Assembly (NCBI GenBank): GCA_020536535.1
Contig: JAHLWZ010000066.1
Location: 1-35,857 of the forward strand
Source of the DNA: Pelomyxa schiedti
Taxonomy: Eukaryota > Protista > Evosea
DNA: 35,857 nucleotides
Direction: 5' to 3'
Under the pieces are notes generated by a model. The model saw only the letters and a list, made by a program, of their open reading frames with translations, made no database searches and was not told the DNA's origin. A program made the translations under genes and the position numbers. This document shows, one piece after another, positions 1-10,330 of the stretch; the stretch's first letter is position 1; each line of letters begins with the position of its first letter.

Positions 1-729
1 GTGAAAGGAGTTCCATTGTGCTGACTGTCATTAGTTCCAAAACAAATAATAAAACCCTTCTCACTGTCGAGCATCAGTTCTCTTAATAAACAATCTCTTG
101 TTGATACCGAGGCATATGGAGGTACTGGCATAGTGGCGAGAGAGACTCCAGCATGGTGGAATCATGATGGCATTACGGAGATTACCGGCACCGAAGCGTA
201 CATTTCCGACACTGGCAGCATGCATACTGCAACAGGATTAGTGCAGAAATGATGGGAACCATGCGTACAATATCCGGCAAGCGTTTGTACAAACGCAGGA
301 ATGCTAGATATGTAGAATCAAAGCTCATGAATCACCCAAAGCTATGTAGCATTAGTACAACTCTATTTATTCATTTCGGTTGTATTTATTGTTTCATTGG
401 CTTGTATTTGCATTTATTAAGCATAAATTCTATTGGTATTATTGAATTTCACTCTATGGTATAGAGACTTTCGAAATAGTCATGGTAAACTTACTTTGAA
501 GTGAGGAACTCGTACCTAATGTTTTGGGTTGCACTCTGTCAGTGCATATGGACTACGTATCAATTTCCAGGAGGCACCTGGAAGCATGGGAAATGTGAAA
601 ACCCCAGTAAGGAACCAAGGCAAGGAAGCCATAATTTGCATTTGTTCACCAAGCATGGAAATTGCTCAGAATTATCGGACCTATTTCTTGAAGGAAAGCT
701 CTCAGGAACTGAGCATACTTGTATTTGCC
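1..729 (+). repeat. Dispersed repeat family R1, copy 1 (probable decayed transposon)
   Basis: Near-identical (roughly 97-98% by eye) to 10552-11281; more diverged relatives at 4950-5440 (-), 27290-27410 (-) and 29770-29880 (+). No intact ORF. Confidence 0.85.
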
Positions 730-829
730 NNNNNNNNNNNNNNNNNNNNNNNNNNNNNNNNNNNNNNNNNNNNNNNNNNNNNNNNNNNNNNNNNNNNNNN
801 NNNNNNNNNNNNNNNNNNNNNNNNNNNNN
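730..829. other. Scaffold gap (100 N)
   Basis: Run of 100 N. Confidence 1.
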
Positions 830-1590
830 CACAACCTGCTGGCTGCCACCCCTTGTGTCAGCCCCCACGCCGCGTGCTGGCTGTCAAACGAGTTGTTGGC
901 TGGAAGACAACACCCCAGTTGGCTGAAGACTGTTTTAGGGGAAGTCTATTCCTAGGTTACAACCGACAGCAAAACTCCAAAAGAAGATAGCTAGGTTGTG
1001 TTTTGAGGAGAACAAGCGCAATTGGATGGAGAATGCTTCCCTAACCCAAAAAGCCATTGTGCAAAGCAACAAGGCACACATGGCCTCAAGATGGACCAAG
1101 GTCATTCCCTCAATCCCTCAGCTCACCCTCTCAAATGATTCCATTTGGAATCACATTGTACATGGCCCACTGCCTCTGTGCGTCAGCGGTCCCCAACACC
1201 ATTGGCTTGAGGAGAGTGTGGGCATGCCCTGGACCCACACGACACTCACTTGCTGAGCTGTAAACGAGGGGGCCTTCAAATCAGAAGACATGATGCAGTT
1301 GTCGACTTGCTTTACCAGCTGGCAAAGCAGGCAGGTGTGACAGTGCAGAAGGAGGTTTCCAATGAAACCGAAGGGAGAATTGACCTCCTGGTGGAGGACA
1401 ATCCTCCTCCACAGATTCTGGACATCTCCATTGTGTGCCCAAACATCGGCCCAGCTCACCAAATCCCCAAATCCCTGGACAATGCCTCAAAGCAGGTGCA
1501 ACACAAACGGGCAAAGTGGTTGCCCAGGTGCTCAGATAGGTATGTGTTTACTCCTGTATGCTGGGAGTCAACAGGAGCACCAACAGAACG
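830..1590 (+). mobile_element. Non-LTR retrotransposon C-terminal fragment with restriction-like endonuclease (CRE/R2-type), frameshifted
   Basis: Zinc-knuckle end and RHD motif HLLSCKRGGLQIRRHDAV, then KE...GRIDLLV...ILDISIVCP...KRAKW...FTPVCWESTGA (RLE PD-(D/E)xK layout); upstream ASRWTKVIPSIPQLTLS resembles the CRE post-RT ASAWL..LP..L.LS motif. Confidence 0.8.
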
Positions 1591-2165
1591 GAAAGAATCC
1601 TGGACTGCAGTTTTGCACCCACTTTTTCCGCAAAGTCTCCTGTGGGATGTGTCCAACAATGTGCAGGAGTGTGTGAGCCATTTGGTGGTCTTTTCTGCCA
1701 TTGGCACTGGTGTGCTCTTCAACGATTTTATTGAACATCAGTTGAAGCTGTCCCATCATGTCAATCCCATCAGAGAAGGAGATGTTGGGAATTTGATTGT
1801 TGACATCAAGGCATTTTGTCCTTGAATGTCTCCCCCTGGAAGAAGAAGAAGAAGAAGAAATCGATGTTAAAATTGACCACATATATATTGCAGGGTAGAT
1901 ATATATATATCTCGTTTAAATACATCAACACACAAAACACGCAACAGTGCAGGCCACTGCATCATAGCAGCATACCCAACAACTGAACAACAACACACCG
2001 CTTAGTGTCCTCAATGTCTTCCGACGTTGAGAACCCTGCTGCAGCAAAAATGGTTGCATTCCTTGGTCGATGTTTTGCGCGATGCACTCCTTCACTTGTG
2101 TGAAAACGCTCCATGTCCGCTCTCTTGTGCCGTTACGTCCGATTATTCTTTGAAATCGAGTGTGT
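1590..2165 (-). repeat. Dispersed repeat family R2, copy 1 (spliced orphan ORF relic)
   Basis: Matches 31095-31600 in opposite orientation and 28213-28460 in the same orientation; all three copies share LLxQGSQRxKTLRTLSG, and the two long copies continue through a GT..CCAG intron into GRHSRTKCLDVNNQIPNISFSDGIDMMG. Confidence 0.85.
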
Positions 2166-2401
2166 TTTTTATTCCGCCTCAACAAGTTGGAACTTCCGAG
2201 AAGCGGCGATCAGTTGGGTGGATTAACCACCAACTTCGGCCCTTCTGGACCAAGTTGGCCTTTCCTTGTATCCTGTTGGTTCGAACAGCGCAAATAGGAA
2301 TAATAAAGAAAGGATGTCTGCCAGCACAAGAAACTTACCAGAACACGTAGCACAAGCTCGTGCTGTAGAAATCCCTGTGGCACACTGCCAGCTTGAAGAA
2401 C

Positions 2402-3439
2402 ATGGCACCAGTTGCAGCGCAATTTGCTGTGAGAAACTTAACTGGTTGCCTTCCCACATGTTTTTTGTTCATTCACAACTTGTGTAGAGTTCTCCTTCCT
2501 TACATTCGGTTCTCCTCGAGTGGGGAAGTCGACGTTGATCAATGCACTGTGTGGGGAGCCAACACTGGCACGACTGCGCCCACAATGGAGCACTGCACAA
2601 TACATCTGACAAAGTTCGATAAGACTGTGCAAGTCCCGAATCAACCACCCACAGTCATTCATTTCTGGGACTCCCCTGGTGTTGAAAACTGGTGAATGCC
2701 GTTTTCTGATTTGTTGTTGTTAATTTTTAATCAAAAGGGAAGAGTCAAGTGCTACTGCAGATTCTTTTATCAAACAAGCTCATCCTATTTGTGTACTATT
2801 TTGCTTTAATGCAGGTTATAATTCATACTCCTTTGTCTTACAAGTCTCAAGAGGTGTATGCTGACATGGCTAAGGTAGAGGAGCTAGTCACTCGTTGTAT
2901 TAAAGCTGATATTCGTGTTGGCTTGGTGCTTACGAAAATGTATAACGGCAGCAATGCAGGTAGTCAAGATGCTTTTCAGGTACTTCTTTTCCCTTTTTTC
3001 AGCTTATATTTTTAACTCTTGCTCAGAAACTGCGTACCATTGCTGCAAAAAACTTTGGGGGTCTCTACGAAACGAAGAGAGGTGGTGTGGGAAACGAGGA
3101 GACCCTGTTGAGATACAGCAAGGGTGTGTGCATCCAGGTCAACAGTGTGCAATTTGATGGTCCATTTGTAACCATGCCTCAATTCAACGTGAGTGAGCTA
3201 GTTCTAGGTTTGACCATGACTTTTTTGGTGGTGTTTGCCTAACATGAAAAACCACAACAGCACTTGGTGCGATGCTAGATGCTGAACAACTGGTGGGGTT
3301 ACTGAACATCATCCTTAACAATCGCTCTTTCTGGCAGAAGTGTGGCCACAGCATGCAGGACCTCATCATGCAAAAGATCCCCAACGCTCTTCAGTGTGTG
3401 GTCAGGAATCTGCTGCACTTCGTCGGCCGTTGGATCTAG
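2402..3439 (+). pseudogene. P-loop GTPase (G-domain, Era/AIG1/IRG-like), spliced, one frameshift
   Basis: G1 FGSPRVGKSTLINALCGE (2505-2558), G3 FWDSPG (2663-2680), G4-like LVLTKMY; five GT-AG introns give a continuous C-terminus ending NNRSFWQK...GRWI-TAG(3439). G1 and G3 are in different frames (1-nt loss near 2570). Start codon uncertain. Confidence 0.75.
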
Positions 3440-3560
3440 CAACCTGGAAGACCAGAATCCCCGGCTGTTGAACAAACACACCACGGGTAAGCAGGGCCTG
3501 TTGGTGAGATATCGGAAAGATAAATTAGTCTTTTTTTATGGTAAAATTGTGCTATCCAAC

Positions 3561-3800
3561 TCAAAGAGATATGGCGCCGATGTCGTCAGTGTATGCAGAG
3601 ACTTTTGGTTTGGCTGGGGAGTTATGAAGTTTCATGAGGAGGGTGTCTCTCACAATATTGAACAGGAGTGGAGAGAGGGTACATCCTTGCCGGCCCCTCT
3701 ACTCAGAGGGAAGTGGATCCTGAGGGCAGGTCTGCACAGAATGGAAGGGGAGAGTTTAGGTAGTGCTTTCCATGCTGCAAAAGTCACCGGGAGCTGAGCC
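3561..3800 (-). mobile_element. LINE-type reverse transcriptase fragment
   Basis: RT domains 4-5 on the minus strand: GRQGCTLSPLLFNIV...VSAYTDDI (YTDD at 3582-3593); frameshifted and truncated. Confidence 0.85.
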
Positions 3801-4949
3801 CAGTTTGCTGGACTGGATAGCAACTTAAATAAGGCATCAAGAGTTGTGAAAACCCTACCCGATTGTTTTGTCACAATCGACACATTTGACATTGGGGGCA
3901 TATCATACATGCAGTATTATCCTCACCGTAGACTTTGCTGCCGCAGTCATTCATAATCCCAGTGCTGTTGCAACAAACGATTGACGTTGGGGTCACTGTC
4001 ATTTGTGTTCGCGTTTGAGACGGCCATTGTGCTTGTGATTGCGTTTGCGTTTGCGATGGTGTTTGGTCTGTGGTTGTTCCTGTGGTGGGTTGTAGCACTA
4101 TGGTACAGATACGCAGCGGGGCTGTTTGGGTGGGAGAATTGTGGGCGGGCGCCCTGTTGCTGCTGGTATGGAGACTGCTGAGACTGATAAGGCGGGAACT
4201 GTGGGTACAGGAACTGGTACTGAGACTCCCAGTCCGGGTACTGATGTCTGGAGTGGAGGTGAGGAGCAAAACGGAGGCCTTGGTGGCAGGGGAGGAGGTT
4301 GGGGAACTGCGGTTTGGGGTCGACATGCCAACCACTAGTTTCTTTTCGAATATTAATTGGCTGAATAAAATAATCGTTATCGTCGCTCAGGATCGGCTGT
4401 CTGGTGTTTTTTTTCTTCCGCCAATTGTAAGCCTTCAAGATCACTGGACTCAAATTTCCCTTTTGGTGTTTTTCTTGTTGAAGATATGTTATACCTTGAG
4501 GATTTGAGACTGCTACAAAGTGCCACAGCAAACTCACACTCTACATAACAGTTGTCCAAGCAACCCTGTGTGCCTTCATTTTTGGTCTTGAAAGAGGGGA
4601 CTGGCGTTGTACTGTGACCTTCTTCACAACTGGATGTTCTCCACAACTAGTGGGACTTTAGAATGTGGGATAAAATGAGTCCACTAAGCTTGACACCTTT
4701 GGGCCATTCCCCTCCTCAATCTAGTATTGTTTTCTTAATTGCCTTGGGATACTTGCAGTTTCTGGCTTTACCTTTACATATTCAGTTTTTGACCTCACAG
4801 CTTGGGATTCACAGATTCTGGCTTGTTTTCCAGATCTTCCAGGCCATGATAGCTATGAAGCACGCCTCACCACTGTAATTTTGGCTTGATAAACTGATTC
4901 TAGAACAAACATGAGAGTGGAAATTGATACATAGCTTTGAAGTTTATCC

Positions 4950-5440
4950 ATGTGCCCTGACAGAGTGCCACCCAAAACATTAGGTACGTATTCCTCACTT
5001 CAAAATACTGCTTACCATGACTATTCCGAAAGTTTCTATGTCATAGAGTGAAATTGCATAATACCAATAACATTAACTGCATATACAGGCCACAACATTA
5101 AATACAACTGAAATGGTGAAATAGAGTCGTACTATTAATACATTGCTTTGGATACTTTCTGAGCGTCGATTCGGTGTATTTAGCATTCCCGTTTGCATGA
5201 ACACTTCCCGAATGATANNNNNNNNNNNNNNNNNNNNNNNNNNNNNNNNNNNNNNNNNNNNNNNNNNNNNNNNNNNNNNNNNNNNNNNNNNNNNNNNNNN
5301 NNNNNNNNNNNNNNNNNATTAAATACAACTGAAATGGTGAAATAGAGTCGTACTATTAATACATTGCTTTGGATACTTTCTGAGCGTCGATTCGGTGTAT
5401 TTAGCATTCCCGTTTGCATGAACACTTCCCGAATGATAAT
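4950..5440 (-). repeat. Dispersed repeat family R1, diverged inverted copy (spans a false gap)
   Basis: Reverse complement aligns with 270-560 and 10820-11110, e.g. shared ttttgaagtgaggaaYacgtacctaatgttttgggtKgcactctgtcag with the latter. Confidence 0.8.
5218..5317. other. Scaffold gap (100 N) with 121-nt duplicated flanks
   Basis: 5097-5217 repeats exactly at 5318-5438. Confidence 0.95.
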
Positions 5441-5573
5441 AAAATGCAAAATACAAGCCAATAAAAGAAACAGCAGACCGCCGATCAGAACGACGTGTTC
5501 CAATTTGTTGATTCCCTTTCAACAAAAAAACGTTTTTTTTATTCTGCACAGACACCCAACGACTGTTACAACG

Positions 5574-8500
5574 ATGTCTAGTACCACCATAAACTGCTCC
5601 ATTGTTGGAAACCAAAAGGCACAGCGGGCTCTGTGGTCGCTTCTTCGCGGACCCTACGAAGAGAGCGAGAGAGCAGCACGGGTGTTACCGTCGCCAAGCT
5701 ACGTCACTGAGTGGACACTCACAATAAGCGTCGTGGTGCCGACAATTGTGAGGACAGACGAGGACTTTCATCCGTTCGATTGCTCTTCCTCAAGTCAGCA
5801 GAGGGGCTATGCCTCCGGGCCTGGCGAGCGTGCCGTGGATGTTGTGTTCCATCGGGAGGGGAGCCCGATTATGGGTCCCGGGTGTGTGAAGGAAGAGGAG
5901 GGAGTTGTGGTTCTGGAAGTTTGGACCAAGCTCCGTGAGTCTGATTATGAACATCTAGGATGTTCTTTGGGACACTTATATGGACCTGAGCTCTCTAAGG
6001 GTGAAAAGGGGTCCCTCATCCTTGTAGAGTTGTCTGACTCGGGTTCCACATTGCCTGCACTGGTTGGCGCGGCAGCTTATGTGTGTTCCCATGCACCCTC
6101 TCTTTATTTGCCCATTAATTCTAAAATTGTGTGCACTTGACCATTGGGTCTCACAAACTCTTAATTAATACCATCATAATTTAGTTGAGAGCAGGATTTA
6201 TCTTCAAGGGGGTGGGCACACCAGAGCGACTGATGCGTCTGGTACATGCAGTTGTTTGGACATCAATCAAAACACAGTCTGCTGCTGGGCAAGGTTGCAT
6301 GTGTCGGCAGTATCCAATCAAAACGTGTTCTTTCCACAACAACCACACTCATGCATTGACTTCTTCTCTTTTTACTGAAACAACAGTGGAGAATGCAGCA
6401 TCCATACATGGAGGGCTGATTCCCATTTTACGGACAACCTCAGCACATGCCCAATCACTCCTGCACATTTTATGTCAGAAAAAGGCCCATGGAAGAGTTT
6501 TTGCCAAACTGGCAATGTTCTGGCTTGAAAGTGGGAACTGGGCTGCTTTGGATGAGTGCGTTTTCTCAAACTTCCTTTCTGGATCAGAAATTGGGCTTCT
6601 TTCAGAGTTTGTGCCACCACTGGAAGGGATCTATTGTCACAGTGCAGTGGCACACTCAAAATCCCATACCCATGGACTTCCAGAGTGGGTCCTACATGCA
6701 AGGATTGGTGAGGTGAGATTCCACATAGAACAACCAACATCCCCAATTTCAAGCAAGCCACCAGATTGGCAACTCATCAAGCTCTTCCTGTTGTTTGGTG
6801 ATGAGGTAATCACTCATGAGGAAACCAATAGAATTGTATTGGTTGGGGGTCCTCTCCCTCAAAAAGCAGCATTTCTGAAATGCCTGATGCAGAATAAGGC
6901 CAAAGCAAAAGTGAAGTTATCCAAAAAGCCTGCCACGCCAACACCCGTCATCCAAGTGCACAAACCCTTCAAGTTGTGGAATGCATTAAAGCCTCCACTC
7001 CCAGACCTGTGCTCGGCATGGGAATTAGGTCTGTATTTGAGCCCCTGTTTACTTTGGAATTTTGAAACAAAAAACCAGGTGGAGGGGACAGGGGAGAGGG
7101 GTGGAACCCATTTCATCCATGTTTCTTCTTCAATGACTCAGTCTTCATTCTTGTTTTTGATGCATCATCTCCCCTGATAACAATAGGAACAAGAACTGAA
7201 AACAACCAACAGCAAGTGCATCCAGCATTTCCTAACTTGGACTTCTGGATAAGCCAAATCATTTCGTGCCAGAGAAACGAAACGAATCCATTGTGTTATC
7301 GTACTCACTCCCAAAAACCAAAGGTGCTCTTTGTTGGAATTTACACTGCAAGCAGCAGTAACTTGGCTCATGAGCTTTTCGAGACCATTGAGAAACACTG
7401 GCTCAGCGCCATCCACATCCTTGGATTTTTTACAGTCAATCCTGAAAGTGGTGAGGGGCAGTGTTGTGCAACTCCCCAAGCAAATATCATTCAGTCCATT
7501 GTAGGGGCAATTGAAAGGACCCGCAGCAAATACATCATCCCACAAAGCTGGGCCAGATTTCATGCTAGTTTGGGTACAGTAAAAGAAGGTGCAGTGAAGT
7601 GGTCACAGCTTGTCAGGATTGCACACAACTGTGAAGTTGGCAGATACACATCAAAGGTGAGCCAAGCAGCTGAGGAGGAGGAAATGAGGCTGTGCTTTGA
7701 CTGGCTGTCTGATATTGGTGCAATTTTTCACTTCAGGCATGATAATGTCTTCCATTCTTCTCAAAGAAGAATGGAAGATGATGATATTGTCGTCTTGGAT
7801 CCATCTTGGTTCAATGACGCAAATAAGTTGTTGCCTGATGAGATCTATGGGTGCCTATTGTCACCATTGGAATCCCTGCAACGATACACAGCAATCTACC
7901 TGGATGATCATCATATAGGCACTGAAGTGGCAAGTGTACTTTCAAAAGTAGGAGTGCTGGTGAACATCAAAAACCAGCCTCACTTCCAATTCTTCAGGCT
8001 TCCTTCAGACCCCTCTGACCCCTCTCTATGTGATAAATTCTGTGAGCTATGTGCTAATGACATTGTTACCCATGCCTATGGGTGTTTCCTCCACTTTCAG
8101 CTCCTTCCCATGGAATCATTCTCCAAGGTTATGTGCCAGCTGTGCAAAACCCCAGGAGTGCACCCAATCCTGATTCGCAGAGACGGCATACTGGTCTCCA
8201 AAATACAGAAGCAAGGTACGACAAATCTTGTTTCTGTTGACATACCTTGTGAGACTCACTTGATGATGATTTGTACTGTGGATCCGGCCACACGAAACAC
8301 AGTGGTTGTGGTGGCAGTGACGGGAGGATTAGGGAGAAAAAAACTGATGGGGCACCAGTTACTGTCTGGTGTGGTGGATCTGCTCATCAGAAGTGCCCAT
8401 TCAACAACTCCAAATGTTCAAGTCCACCCCTCAGCCATTTGCCCCAACTGCCTATCGAAATACTTGCAGGGAAATAATTCCAACAGTGAAAGTACAGGGT

Positions 8501-10108
8501 CACTGGCAACATGTAGCCAAGGCCATAGACGAGGCCACAAAGGTTCTTCATTGCCAACAGGTAAAAGTGACCAGTTGCGAAATTTCAACACACTGAAGCA
8601 GACAATGGAGTTAGTACATGGTGAGGAGGCCGCCATTTCGAAGTGCCATGTATCTGCCGTCGAACACATTGCCTCCTCTGACTATTTCTACCCAGTTTTT
8701 AACCTCACTGATGAAGAAAGCTCCACCACAATCATAACCAGGACAAAGTGGTTGGGTCTTGACAACGAAGCACCATCGGCAGTCAAACAGGCGGCATTGC
8801 ATCACCCCACTTTTTGGGACGGTACTTCCTCCCTGGAGCAACGCTCTGCACCCAGGTACATCACAGACCATCCCAACATTGTCAATTTCATTGGGGTTGG
8901 TGTTCATGGTGAAACACTATTGGGATTGACTGAATGCATTCCCCAACCACCCGAATTGCTTCCCTTCACTATCAACCCTGACGCAACAAACACCTTTTCC
9001 TTGTCAGACTTGATGAAAGCGTGCCTTTCACACCAAAAAGAAGGGATGATTCTGGAACAGATACTTCCAATGTGCCTGAGGGAAAAGATTCTGAGAAATG
9101 TTGCAGAGGGGCTGAATCACTTGCACTGCCAGTTTCCTCCTGCTGTTCATGGGGACGTTCACATCGGTTGGTTGCTCCCCCTTTCCATTACCCACATGGA
9201 ACATTTGCTAACCACACTACAAAAGGAAATGTATTGATCACTTCATTGGCTCCAGTTGGATCAGGCCCTTGGGCCAAGGTTAATCTTTTAAAGAAGGGTC
9301 CTGTGGGCATTTGTTCATTCAATTTATTCCAACACAGCTTACACACCCAATGGTTACAGTTGACAACACCATGATCATACAAGAGAACCAATCATCATCA
9401 ACAAACAGCAGGAGTTACTGCCCCGAGGCCATCATCCAGCAGCAGGAGCCATCTGATCCACCAAAATCTCATGACAAGACAAAGATTGATGTGTGGAACT
9501 TTGGTTTGTGTACTTTCACCTATTCTATCACACACACTGTACCTTTCAGGGATCCTTGTTCACACCGTTGTGGCTCCATTGTCCTTGGTTTGCCTCAAAT
9601 CAACATCACTGCACCCTGTTTCTTTTGGGAAATTGCACTGGAAGCCTATTGACGAACCGTCAGTTGTATCCCTTCCAATTGGGCTCAAGAACATATCTCC
9701 ATCTCCAACCACCACAGCCAGTATGCCGGTATCATCAGTTGGCAAGAAGAATAAGAAAAAGAACACTGAACCTGGTAGGAGACGCTCTCATCATCCGAAT
9801 TTCCACGCACCTCACCAAAAACAACAGGTTCTTACCACCCCAGACACGTCAAACACACAAGACAAGTTGAGAGGCACAATGTTGGGCACGCACTCACCAG
9901 TGGAACACTGGTCATTGGATTCCAAAGGGGCACTGGCATGATGATCAGGACCACAAGGAGTGATGACAACAGCCACCATCATTATCACCAGCAACCGTTT
10001 CCGCGATGGGCACAACAGTTGGTGACAATGTGCCTGGCTGCTGACCCAGCCAACAGGCCCACAATGAAACAACTCTTGGTTGTGTGGAATTACTTCCAGG
10101 TCATGTGA
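5574..10108 (+). CDS. Roco-family protein (ROC-COR-kinase) with degenerate GTPase and kinase motifs; 7 exons, 1387 aa
   Basis: Exons 5574-6080, 6185-7028, 7079-9166, 9226-9278, 9338-9503, 9550-9774, 9828-10108 splice (GT-AG) into one stop-free frame. ROC: RIVLVGGPLPQKAAFLKCL, AWELGG, FHPCFFFNDSVFILVFD, LDFWISQI, VLFVGIY. COR: IPQSW...CFDWLSDIGAIFHF...IVVLDPSWF. Kinase: SAVKQ, HPNIVNFIG, GLNHLH...VHGDVHIGN, YCPE, KIDVWNFG, CLAADPANRPTM. Confidence 0.85.
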
Positions 10109-10330
10109 TGATGGAAACCACCCAAACTATCACCAACTTTGACAGTTGATTATTTTATTCACCCTGCAGGGTGTGCTGAGAGAGTTAGAGTTAAAAAAAA
10201 ATGGTGTAAGTTCACCTTTTAAAAGCCCAGAAGTGCCACTTTTTCTTATTTTTTCTTTTAATTAATATCACCCATTCCCACCTGCTGAGGTTTACTCCCT
10301 TCTGGACCTGAAAATTGATTTTTTGGGGGG

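Noticed and set aside
3947-4400. Q/P/N-rich minus-strand ORF as a gene
   Set aside because: Low complexity, no recognisable domain, stops follow and no clean splice model.
5364-5573. N-terminal extension of the Roco ORF from the ORF track (also 16314-16538 for the PP2C gene)
   Set aside because: Runs through repeat or A/T-rich leader DNA from non-ATG starts; downstream ATGs at 5574 and 16539 fit better.
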